Position numbers and translations under genes: made by a program. Shown here in pieces: positions 1 through 9,843 of a stretch of 64,000 nt of DNA; within the stretch, counting starts at the first letter, position 1; each line of letters begins with the position of its first letter. Below the pieces are notes generated by a model that saw only the letters and a list, made by a program, of their open reading frames with translations, made no database searches and was not told the DNA's origin. The DNA lies in IMG/VR virus record IMGVR_UViG_3300028591_000146, positions 1 to 64,000 of that record; one strand, written 5' to 3'. This DNA comes from a virus (lineage: Duplodnaviria > Caudoviricetes).

Positions 1-75
1 CTCCCCCCAGCATAGAAAAACGCACTGGTAAGTCCTACTATTTTAGGAACTATATTAATTTAAGGAGGTATAAAT

Positions 76-3000
76 ATGAGTGAGATTCCAAAGAGGAATG
101 AATATTTCTTATCACCGGATGGAGTTCGTAAACTTACACAATTTATGAAGAGCCACTTCGATTCGTATCCGAGTAAAGATAAGTTGTATACAGACTCTAA
201 AGGTTTACAATACAATGGTAGTGTTTATAACTTTGGATCTGAAATATTACTTGAAACGAATAAACTCAAGATGACAAAACCACCTGTGAGAAATCTGACA
301 TATGGAAAAGATACTACGTTCTATTTCGATATACAGTATTCAAGTCTCATCGATACATACGAACAACAGAATCTGTTGATGTGTGTATTGAAGAAAGATA
401 CATTGGTTGCATCACATCAATATCAATTGGTATTCAATAATGTTACTGAACATTTCGTGATCAGGTCCACTAACACAAGTGCTGGAAATACTGTCACACC
501 AAGTATGGCAAATTCAAAAGTATTCAAAGATAAATTCTATGTAACAGATGAATTTCCTATAATGGTTGAATCATATGAAGAAGGTGGTGAAACGGTTACT
601 ATTCAACACGAAATACGTATCAAAGATGGAAATAAATTTCCAAAGTTTTATTTCCACTATAATTCATTGACTATGGGTTATGTTGAAATAGTTGATGGAA
701 CTTTGAGAACTGCATACTTGACTGATGATATGAATGGATTACCATTCATATGGTTTACAACTAAATCATTTGAATATTTACCTGTAATAAGTTTAAGTGA
801 TAATATTGATGCAGAAGGTAGACCGTTCTTGACATTTGGTACTGATGGAAATGGTGTATCAAAAATATTTCCGAATTGTTATGAGAACAATTTTCCGCCA
901 TATATTCCATTGGAGAATCATGAATGGTTTTTGAAGGTTGAGAGTAACAATGATTTCAGTTTCATCAGTGATGATACACCTGGAGACAAATCTAGAAATT
1001 TTCAGATTCCAATAAAGAGTATATCATTATTATATAGCTATCGTATTACGGATAGACCTGACATCGAAATTGTTTTTGATTTTTCAGATATACCAGATGT
1101 CGTTGTATATCTTGACGATTGTAAGAATTACATTGAACGATCCTCTTGGAGATTTAACAAACGAACTTCAAGTGATTGGGATTGGGATCCAATAACATAT
1201 AACAATCCTAATTATGCATGGCATTATTATGAGTTTCCTACTGAACCTGGATATTATAATATATCCGATTTCTCATGTAACCATATGGATGGTAGACCTT
1301 TGAGAGCTGGATTCAGAATCAAATTCTTAAATGAATATCTGTATCGATGGGAAAGTGATTTAGTTGGAGATGTGTCTGGTGTACATGTTGATTCAACTGA
1401 TGAACGTTCTAACAATGCTGTCATTGAACGGAATGGGGTTTCTCATCTGATGGGAGAGTTTGATGGATTACCAGTATACATGAAGATGCAACTTGATGAG
1501 AATATTCATCGTTCTCATGTTGAGTTGTATAGTATTCGTGATCACAATAATAAGTATACTCAACTTCCAATGGATAAACAAACTGCTGGATTGATTATAG
1601 ATTCCTCAGTTCCTCAGAATCAACTTCCATCATTCATTGGAGGTAATTCAAATATCGTATATGATATATTGGTATCGAATCTATATAAAACCGTCGGTGA
1701 AATAGTATCAATGAAAAATGTATTATCTGATATTGTATATGTGGATAATAAACCAAATACATTTGGAGATAAGACTGTTCGTGTATTGGCTAATTATCCG
1801 CAATTCATATATCATGGAAATAACTTCTTCTCAACCGATGTCGTTGCACTTGATCCATATTCAGAATATGGTAGAGTGTATGTTGTATCAAATGATTCTG
1901 CTAAGTATGAAAACAATTCTACTACTGACAATCCTAAACCATTAAGAACAATCGCTCGTATATGTGACATACCAACATCAATGGTTCAATTGACAGATGT
2001 TCCTGATTATGCTCCAGAAGTATTGATCGATTGGAATGATTCGGATTTGAATTATGTCAGAACCTATTGCAATTACTCAACTGAAGACAAAAACAAAGTA
2101 TTGAATTCAAATGATAATTGGATAAAGAATGGTGATGATGTTGTATTCCCGAATGATTATGATCTGTCGATTGTATTGACTGACGATTATAAAATCATTG
2201 AGAATATCAATGTACCGATCAATATCAACTTCAACAACAATGATACTATTACTATCACAAATGGTGGCAGTGGTTACAATGATACTGGTACAGCCAAATT
2301 CAATATCGGTGGTAGATACTTTGAGATTGAATATACTGCTGTGGGAGGAGTAGTTCAAACAATCGCTCCAACAGAAACACTTTACTCTAGTATCAATCCT
2401 GCAAACCTTGAAGGAGCTGACACTGTATTCCATACTACTGATATGAGTGGTACTGGTACAGGACTCAATATCAAGATACATATTGACAACTGGGCTGGAA
2501 AGACTCAACATGTGACAAATGAATATCGTCATGGATTATATCTGTTCAAGTTCGATGAATATAATCATGTGTGGATTTGGATATATGATGGAACTGAATG
2601 GAAGCAACATATTCAGTTTACTGGTACTAATGTTACACCGAATCCATATGATTTGGTTGATACTGACAAACGTCGACTCAATGATGTGTACCTGTGTAAT
2701 GCATTAAATGCAAATCGTAAATTATACTATGAAACATTCTCCAGTAAACCTGGTTCTGTATATGGTATTGATTTAGCATCAACTGGAACGATAGTTCCTA
2801 AATCTGAAATCGGTATGGATGATATATCCGATTGGTTATCCACAATACGTCAGAATGTTCAGAATACATTCTATATGTTCAAACCTGATCCAGATTCTAA
2901 TTTCTCAATACTTGATTCTGGTAATAGATATTCATATGATGTTCAGAATCATAGAGTTGGAAATTACCATGATTTGAAACTTCCAAGATACAATACACTC

Positions 3001-3792
3001 AATCTCCGTACTTATTTCAATATTGAAAGAATATCATATTCAATAAATAAAGATAAACTGAAATCACAACCTGATGTTTACTGGTACAATCCAATTGGTA
3101 CTAACGTCAATACATTGACTAATGTATCTGGTGATGTGTATACTGTTAATGAAACACATAAATTATCATTGGCTGATTTAGTTCCGACATGGATGAATAA
3201 ACAATCCAACTTGTACATCATCAAGGAGAATATCTATCGTTATGATGAAACTGAAAATCCTGAATACTATGATGAGATGTTGGAAAAGTTTGAATCAATG
3301 ACTCGAGATCAACTCATTGCATATATCATAGAGACATTCGGTAGTAATGCACTTCCATTGATGTACGAGACAAGTATCATCAAATACACAATACCAATGT
3401 TGATTGACTATTGTATGATGATTACATGGAATGCTAAGAAGAATGAACCAAGTATGTTTGCTCAGAAGTATCAGAATGTTGCTCAGGAAATTGAGAATGA
3501 TGATGGAACTAAAACTCTTACTCCAGTAAATGGATATGAATGTAAAGGAATGGTTGAATCATTATCAGCTGATATACATCCATTGGATTATGAACTTGAA
3601 TCCAGTACAGCAGAGATTGCACCAAACATTTTATTCATATTCAATATTCAACGTCAATCAAGTCTGATATCTCTCAGACACTTCCATATGCTCGATGAGA
3701 ATGGTGTGGACATCTCAGAACATTCGTTACTTATATACGATGGACACAAATATCTATTCAATTCATCAACAGATAATTGGGATATCATTTAA
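76..3792 (+). CDS. Large putative virion (tail/baseplate-associated) protein; paralog of 3990..7346
   Basis: 1238 aa, SD AAGGAGG; shares blocks GRVYV(V/I)SND, RT(I/V)ARICDIPTS and a GSGY-type module with the next ORF. Confidence 0.55.
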   Translation: MSEIPKRNEYFLSPDGVRKLTQFMKSHFDSYPSKDKLYTDSKGLQYNGSVYNFGSEILLETNKLKMTKPPVRNLTYGKDTTFYFDIQYSSLIDTYEQQNLLMCVLKKDTLVASHQYQLVFNNVTEHFVIRSTNTSAGNTVTPSMANSKVFKDKFYVTDEFPIMVESYEEGGETVTIQHEIRIKDGNKFPKFYFHYNSLTMGYVEIVDGTLRTAYLTDDMNGLPFIWFTTKSFEYLPVISLSDNIDAEGRPFLTFGTDGNGVSKIFPNCYENNFPPYIPLENHEWFLKVESNNDFSFISDDTPGDKSRNFQIPIKSISLLYSYRITDRPDIEIVFDFSDIPDVVVYLDDCKNYIERSSWRFNKRTSSDWDWDPITYNNPNYAWHYYEFPTEPGYYNISDFSCNHMDGRPLRAGFRIKFLNEYLYRWESDLVGDVSGVHVDSTDERSNNAVIERNGVSHLMGEFDGLPVYMKMQLDENIHRSHVELYSIRDHNNKYTQLPMDKQTAGLIIDSSVPQNQLPSFIGGNSNIVYDILVSNLYKTVGEIVSMKNVLSDIVYVDNKPNTFGDKTVRVLANYPQFIYHGNNFFSTDVVALDPYSEYGRVYVVSNDSAKYENNSTTDNPKPLRTIARICDIPTSMVQLTDVPDYAPEVLIDWNDSDLNYVRTYCNYSTEDKNKVLNSNDNWIKNGDDVVFPNDYDLSIVLTDDYKIIENINVPININFNNNDTITITNGGSGYNDTGTAKFNIGGRYFEIEYTAVGGVVQTIAPTETLYSSINPANLEGADTVFHTTDMSGTGTGLNIKIHIDNWAGKTQHVTNEYRHGLYLFKFDEYNHVWIWIYDGTEWKQHIQFTGTNVTPNPYDLVDTDKRRLNDVYLCNALNANRKLYYETFSSKPGSVYGIDLASTGTIVPKSEIGMDDISDWLSTIRQNVQNTFYMFKPDPDSNFSILDSGNRYSYDVQNHRVGNYHDLKLPRYNTLNLRTYFNIERISYSINKDKLKSQPDVYWYNPIGTNVNTLTNVSGDVYTVNETHKLSLADLVPTWMNKQSNLYIIKENIYRYDETENPEYYDEMLEKFESMTRDQLIAYIIETFGSNALPLMYETSIIKYTIPMLIDYCMMITWNAKKNEPSMFAQKYQNVAQEIENDDGTKTLTPVNGYECKGMVESLSADIHPLDYELESSTAEIAPNILFIFNIQRQSSLISLRHFHMLDENGVDISEHSLLIYDGHKYLFNSSTDNWDII

Positions 3793-3989
3793 GAAAAAAC
3801 TTTCCCTAATTATTTTCATGGTAGTCAGTACAACCTTGAATCTGTTTCTGGTTAGATGTTCATTTATGAACATCAATCAGAAACTTGATTCAGTTTCATA
3901 TCGAAGATATGAAAACCAATAACAAAAATATTTTCTAATGAAAATAAATATATATCAAAAATCAAAATTCTAGAAAAGGAGGATTTGAT

Positions 3990-6900
3990 ATGTCTTTACA
4001 TAAGATATATAACTTCGTTGGATATAACAACTTGGGTTTGATTCTTGAGCAAGAAAGAAAACATTGGTTGTTGAAACCTGATAAGAAATTGAATGTTCAA
4101 GATTCTGCAACAGGTTCAATATTCCAAGGAAGATTAGATAATCTCGGAAATGAGGTTGTGGTCGAAACCAATAAGACTGAAGCTTATACTGGTTCAGATA
4201 TGTTCAGATTCGTTCAGGATATTGCAAATAATATATTCGAACCACTGTCATCCGGATTACCATACAACAATGCATTGAATGGTTTGATGTATGAATGTAT
4301 CATTGCATCCAAAGCTGTATACATTGAAGATGACACTCCTTCATATAAGAACTACAAAGTCAAATTCATTGACTGTGAAGAAGTTATCATTCCATTCGGT
4401 AATTCACTTGACAGCAGTGAGATATATGCTGGTAAGTGGATTCGTACAACCAGACCACCTATACTTGTTCTTCCTGATGATAATACTGCATTCACAATTG
4501 AGATACCACTTCGATATGAAACAAGTGTCACTAATTGTGTATTCTATTATCCATTGGAAGAAAACATGCAACCTTTGACATTGACTAATGAATCCACTGG
4601 TGTATACGTAACAGAAGCAGTTACTGATCATACATTCATTGGCTATCCGATTTACTGGTTTACTTCTGATAATACCAATGTCGGACCTCACTTCACATTT
4701 GATGAAACTCAAATCGTTGTCAATGATAAAACTCTGATGTATTTGGCAAGTCCTGGAAATACTTCAAAGTATACTGCTCAGGTATTCTGCTCAGTCGATG
4801 GAGATTATGATGCAACTCCTGATGGTTCATCAACAGCTGCTTGGGAGGTTGTTTGTAAAACTGTATCCGGTTCATTCACTGGAACAACTTCAGATGCTAA
4901 TGTTCCTATTGATATCGGTAGCATCAAATTTGTTAAAATATCAACAGGAGACGAATATCCTATCAGTATCAACCATCAACAGTATGACGTATTAAATATC
5001 ACATCTGTTGATAGATGGAGTCGTTCTGGTAATACTGCTAGAACTGTGATGTCTAGTTTCGATGAGAATAGCTATACAAATAGTAATGGTTATGCAACGC
5101 CACTTGTACCATTATTCAACGTATACCTTGATAGAAATGTATCATTTATGCATAATACTACTGATGTAGGATATGCTGGTGTACATATGTCAAGTGAACC
5201 ACAATCAGAGACATCAACCAGATATCCATATGATCTGAATAAGTGGAGTGGATTACCTCAATGGCTTCAGGATAACGAAGCTGGAGTTCCACAACACGTT
5301 GCTGTATATGCAATACACAATACACCTAACTACAATCCTAATGATCCAGAGTCTCGTCAAACAGCTGCATTGTTACTTGATCCTGGTAAACCCAAAACTT
5401 CAGAAGATGTAGAACTTGCAAATGATGAACGTGGTCGTGTTTATGTAATATCCAATGATGATATTGAATATCACAACAATGCTACATATGAATATCAGAA
5501 ACCTGAAAGAACAGTTGCACGTATCTGTGATATACCAACATCGATCATTGCATTGACTGACATATCAGGTCTTGCACCAACCACTGTTGTTGATAAGAGT
5601 TACGTTCATACAGATACATCATATACAACTGATGAAAAGAATAAACTCAATAACATTTTAGCATCCAGATGGGTTCGTCCTGTACATCTTGATGAGAATG
5701 GTATTCCGATTACAGAACATGAAACTTCAGACAATGATTTCATATTCAATAATGAAGATGATCTGAATGCGGTTGATTTGATTTCACATAATGATTTCCG
5801 TGAACATGTCAATCTGAATAAAACTGTTGATCCTCAATATATTCGTGCTGGATATATATCTGAACCCGGTTCGAATTACTCTGTAAATGATACTGGTGTT
5901 ATCATTATCGGTGGTGTACCATTGAACTATTCAATCGATGAAGTAAATGAAGATGGTGGTGTTATTGATCTCACTATCGCTGGAGCTACTCGTGATTGGA
6001 TCAATCTCTCCAACTTCAATATCCCAAACGGTTCACATGGTTCTACTGCAATATATGGTACATCTCCATCATACAGTCAAGATCCATCAGCTGGAGGTTT
6101 GAAACTCTCATTGTTCATTGATAATTATGAAGATATCAAACCAAAGCTTGGAAATGTATATGATGATCTGTTTGCATTTATCAAAGCATCCGATGGTATC
6201 TGGTTATATAAGTACAATGGTACATGGAATAAACATGTACTTGTATCTGATGCCGAATCATCTTCAATCATTACAAGTGATGGAGGTTTGAGCACTACAG
6301 ATTCATATATGACATCAATCATTCCAAGTGTTCGTTTGTTAAAAGCATATCCTGCTGCAACTCATCAAGATCCAATATCATTAAAAGTATTCGCAACTGC
6401 ATCATGTGTGAATATTGTAGATACTGAACACGTTCCGTACAAGTTACCTCAAACACATGCATCATATGATAATCGTCTTCAGGTTGATTTCAATAAGATG
6501 GTTTGTTATGCAATATCAGAATCTAAGTCACAATACAAAACAGTCGATTCAGCATTCACCAAGATGAGAGAACTTGGTGTTCTTATGTATGACTGCTATG
6601 TTGGATTCAGATGGAAGTATCCTAATGATGATAACAACACAACGTTCGAATATTGTATAATCCAGCGCGCATTCAATAACTACGTATCCAGCGATACAAC
6701 AACATTACTTCCTGGAAACAAACTCAGATACAATAAGTTCGTTCACACCAATGAGCAGAGTTCTGTTATTTGGGATTGTGGAGATGTCGGTCCAATGCTT
6801 TGGGTTTATGATCCTAAATCTACAATTCAGGAAACATACACACTTAATGAATCAACATCTGAAATCAATATAACACGAAAGACTCGTTCATGGGCTGATA

Positions 6901-7346
6901 TTGATATGAGAAATGGTAATGATAAACTGGTTGATACTAACGGTAAATTGTTATTCAATATCTACACCAACAATCCACATCAGAATGTCGACTACGTGTT
7001 ATCTCCAACAGATCCAATCTATCAACAACCTGAATTCAATTACGGTGCTACTGATCATCCAGTTGCTGTTATTGGTGATCTGGCTACCAACAATCCTCCA
7101 GTTGGAACATGGAGATTGGTATTCCCACGCACGAATTCATACACATTTACCAATAGTCAGAATGGACAACAGTTTGATGCAATCAAAATGGATGTTCTCC
7201 GTGGTGACAATCTTGGAAACCTTGGAAATGTTAAAGCATCCAATGGACATATAGTCAATAATAAGATACTCGTTATCGACAGACAGGCTAAAGGAAATGT
7301 ACTCAGAGCATACAACGCACAAACCAATTCATGGGATAATGTTTAA
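3990..7346 (+). CDS. Large putative virion protein; paralog of 76..3792
   Basis: 1118 aa, SD AAGGAGG, T/S/N/D-rich beta-type composition, shared motifs with ORF 76..3792. Confidence 0.55.
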   Translation: MSLHKIYNFVGYNNLGLILEQERKHWLLKPDKKLNVQDSATGSIFQGRLDNLGNEVVVETNKTEAYTGSDMFRFVQDIANNIFEPLSSGLPYNNALNGLMYECIIASKAVYIEDDTPSYKNYKVKFIDCEEVIIPFGNSLDSSEIYAGKWIRTTRPPILVLPDDNTAFTIEIPLRYETSVTNCVFYYPLEENMQPLTLTNESTGVYVTEAVTDHTFIGYPIYWFTSDNTNVGPHFTFDETQIVVNDKTLMYLASPGNTSKYTAQVFCSVDGDYDATPDGSSTAAWEVVCKTVSGSFTGTTSDANVPIDIGSIKFVKISTGDEYPISINHQQYDVLNITSVDRWSRSGNTARTVMSSFDENSYTNSNGYATPLVPLFNVYLDRNVSFMHNTTDVGYAGVHMSSEPQSETSTRYPYDLNKWSGLPQWLQDNEAGVPQHVAVYAIHNTPNYNPNDPESRQTAALLLDPGKPKTSEDVELANDERGRVYVISNDDIEYHNNATYEYQKPERTVARICDIPTSIIALTDISGLAPTTVVDKSYVHTDTSYTTDEKNKLNNILASRWVRPVHLDENGIPITEHETSDNDFIFNNEDDLNAVDLISHNDFREHVNLNKTVDPQYIRAGYISEPGSNYSVNDTGVIIIGGVPLNYSIDEVNEDGGVIDLTIAGATRDWINLSNFNIPNGSHGSTAIYGTSPSYSQDPSAGGLKLSLFIDNYEDIKPKLGNVYDDLFAFIKASDGIWLYKYNGTWNKHVLVSDAESSSIITSDGGLSTTDSYMTSIIPSVRLLKAYPAATHQDPISLKVFATASCVNIVDTEHVPYKLPQTHASYDNRLQVDFNKMVCYAISESKSQYKTVDSAFTKMRELGVLMYDCYVGFRWKYPNDDNNTTFEYCIIQRAFNNYVSSDTTTLLPGNKLRYNKFVHTNEQSSVIWDCGDVGPMLWVYDPKSTIQETYTLNESTSEINITRKTRSWADIDMRNGNDKLVDTNGKLLFNIYTNNPHQNVDYVLSPTDPIYQQPEFNYGATDHPVAVIGDLATNNPPVGTWRLVFPRTNSYTFTNSQNGQQFDAIKMDVLRGDNLGNLGNVKASNGHIVNNKILVIDRQAKGNVLRAYNAQTNSWDNV

Positions 7347-7351
7347 GAATA

Positions 7352-7375
7352 ATACCCGGGGATATCCCCGGGTAT
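7352..7375. terminator. GC-rich perfect palindrome (terminator-like), same core as 44413..44442
   Basis: ATACCCGGGGATATCCCCGGGTAT directly after the stop codon. Confidence 0.7.
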
Positions 7376-7429
7376 ATTCAATTCATTTTGAGTTACAATC
7401 TAGTAATATTTTTGTCTGGAGGTAATAAT

Positions 7430-7924
7430 ATGAGCGACATATTAAATGACACTGAATGGTTGAATAAGATGAAAGATTCGATGAAACCTGATGAAGCTGT
7501 ATTCCCAATTGCTATCAGAATTGGTAAATCTTTTTATAAGATTCATGAGATTGCTGATGATACTATATTCAAGGATACATCTATAACAGCATCGAACTTC
7601 AGAGTCGTCTTTGGTTCAATCTATAACATGTTCAGACTCAGAGCGTCATTCCCAATAAGTAAAAGTATTGAATACAATATACTGAAACGAATTCAAACTA
7701 TCGATGAGAAAACTCAAGTGGATACTTTGTTTTTTGTATTCGAATCTGATTACATTGAATACAATAATAATGAAAAGATTTCAAAGTTCGATGAAGAAAT
7801 CAATGACAACTACGTGATGTTGTTTGATTATGTTAAATCGATAACTGACATCAATCGTAAGAAACGACTTGCATCATTCAGAGAAATGGTAGATAATATA
7901 AAGGATAAATTAAATGAGGATTAA
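7430..7924 (+). CDS. Hypothetical protein
   Basis: ORF 7388..7924; SD GGAGG favours ATG 7430. Confidence 0.75.
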   Translation: MSDILNDTEWLNKMKDSMKPDEAVFPIAIRIGKSFYKIHEIADDTIFKDTSITASNFRVVFGSIYNMFRLRASFPISKSIEYNILKRIQTIDEKTQVDTLFFVFESDYIEYNNNEKISKFDEEINDNYVMLFDYVKSITDINRKKRLASFREMVDNIKDKLNED

Positions 7925-7935
7925 TTCACAATTCT

Positions 7936-7956
7936 ATATTTATATGATTTAAATGT
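7936..7956 (+). promoter_or_regulatory. Early-type phage promoter (ATATWTATATNATT class)
   Basis: ATATTTATATGATTTAAATGT, identical at 26588 and near-identical at 29153; upstream of primase. Confidence 0.6.
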
Positions 7957-7981
7957 AATTCATATAAAGGAGGTTGTTTGT

Positions 7982-8926
7982 TTGAACATCATTGATTTCA
8001 AACGTATGTTATTGGACAATTGTTGTTTGCGACCTGGTGGTAAAGGAGTCTGGTGGCGAGCACAAACATGTCCATTCTGTGGACATAACAAATGGAAGTT
8101 TTATTTGTACATCGATATCAATAATGAATCTTCAGTTGGTTACGATTGTAAACGTTGTAATCGTAAAGGATTTGCAATTGATAAAACTATCCTCGAAGGA
8201 CTCGGTATCAGAGATGTTGAAGTTCCTAGGTTCAAAGGTGGAAACTTTATAAGGCAGAACTCAGAAGCATTCAATGATATCGTATTATTACCTGATGATG
8301 CAAACATATCAAAGATTCAGGATTATATCTACGAACGTATTGGAGTTGTACCAACATTCGATGAATTGAGAATGTTCCAGTATGTTGCAGATCCTGTTAA
8401 GTATTGTAGTATGATATCCAGTAAAGGATTCAATAAGAATGTATTCATCAATAGATTCTGTTTCAAATTATCAAATGGAGCACTTGCATGTAGGTATCAT
8501 AATGATACTAGACAGCGATGGTTAAAGTATTCAGTCACTAAAGATAATGGTCCTGGAATATATACCATCAAGAGCGAGTTCTCATATGATCAACCATTTG
8601 AGGTTTGTATATCAGAAGGAATCTTCGATGCAATAGGTTTGTATTATCATTTGAATAATCCTAATAATGTATACATTGCATGCGAAGGAACGAACTATGC
8701 TGCTGGTATCAACCACATGATATCGAAAGGATTATTCGGTAAACATGTTTCTATTGGAATCTATAAAGATGGAGATGTAAAGAATCATGAAATCCGATAT
8801 AATAAACGATATAAGAAATTATTCAAATCGATTACAATATATGAGAATGTAATAGCTCATGATTATGGACATCCAAAGAGTGAAGTGGAAATACATAAAT
8901 CATTAACGGAAGGAGTTTTAGAATGA
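7982..8926 (+). CDS. DNA primase (Zn-finger + TOPRIM)
   Basis: CPFC...CKRC zinc finger; TOPRIM motifs ISEGIFD and YKDGD; TTG start after AAGGAGG. Confidence 0.8.
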   Translation: MNIIDFKRMLLDNCCLRPGGKGVWWRAQTCPFCGHNKWKFYLYIDINNESSVGYDCKRCNRKGFAIDKTILEGLGIRDVEVPRFKGGNFIRQNSEAFNDIVLLPDDANISKIQDYIYERIGVVPTFDELRMFQYVADPVKYCSMISSKGFNKNVFINRFCFKLSNGALACRYHNDTRQRWLKYSVTKDNGPGIYTIKSEFSYDQPFEVCISEGIFDAIGLYYHLNNPNNVYIACEGTNYAAGINHMISKGLFGKHVSIGIYKDGDVKNHEIRYNKRYKKLFKSITIYENVIAHDYGHPKSEVEIHKSLTEGVLE

Positions 8927-9693
8927 AGATTACACAAATCAAACGTCATTACAATGATGGAAATAAAAAGTTATCTGGAATGATTGATGAAACTTTACAG
9001 TCTGGAAGCTATAACGAATCTTTGTATTATCAGTATACGATCATGGTTGACATTGAAGTTGAATCAAATAGTGATCATCTGTTACTGTTATACTACAAAG
9101 CATTCTGGGAAAGTATTGGTGATGGAAAAGAATTGTACTCTCGTGATGATAACTTCAAGAAGTTCAGTTTCATGATGTCACTGATGACTGCAATCGATTT
9201 CATATATGAAGCAACTCCGCCATTGCTTCAGAGTGAAATTAAATCATCAATAATATCAATCGATAATATCATTGAGGTTCTCAATACTTATCTGCTTGAG
9301 AATAACTCTGACAAGAAACTCCGTACATCAATATTCTTTAAGAAGAATGGATTATTTGAGTATGGTAGTATCTGGAATGATTCAAATGGTAAGACAGATT
9401 TCATTCGTTCCATTGTAGACAAGAATGCTTATCAACCAACGATTGCATATGTTGATATTGAGAAGGATGATTTCAGACAGTACATCATATCAGGACCGAT
9501 GAGCCAGATTGCTCGTATCCATATGATTGTCAAGAATCTGTATATCACACATGTATTCGTTAAGAAAGCTGAGTCATTAACAAAGAATGATATCATATAC
9601 ATTAAAGGATACTGTACATCATTCCGTGCTAGAAACTACGAATTCAAAACATTGGATACGTTATGTTTCAACACTTTAAAAATGCTGGAATAA
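8923..9693 (+). CDS. Hypothetical protein
   Basis: 256 aa, ATGA overlap with primase stop, SD AAGGAG. Confidence 0.75.
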   Translation: MKITQIKRHYNDGNKKLSGMIDETLQSGSYNESLYYQYTIMVDIEVESNSDHLLLLYYKAFWESIGDGKELYSRDDNFKKFSFMMSLMTAIDFIYEATPPLLQSEIKSSIISIDNIIEVLNTYLLENNSDKKLRTSIFFKKNGLFEYGSIWNDSNGKTDFIRSIVDKNAYQPTIAYVDIEKDDFRQYIISGPMSQIARIHMIVKNLYITHVFVKKAESLTKNDIIYIKGYCTSFRARNYEFKTLDTLCFNTLKMLE

Positions 9694-9716
9694 GGATGGG
9701 GCGTAAAGCCCCATCC
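9694..9716 (+). terminator. Stem-loop terminator
   Basis: GGATGGGGC-GTAAA-GCCCCATCC; same GGGGCGTAAAGCCCC core at 52761. Confidence 0.7.
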
Positions 9717-9843
9717 AATAATTTTATATTTCGATATATATTTAATTATATTGCAATGCCTGAAGATATTGCCAAAATGATGAATCGTACTCATTGCGCA
9801 AGAGTATGATATATCAAATTTATTATGAAAGGGAGTGATTGGA

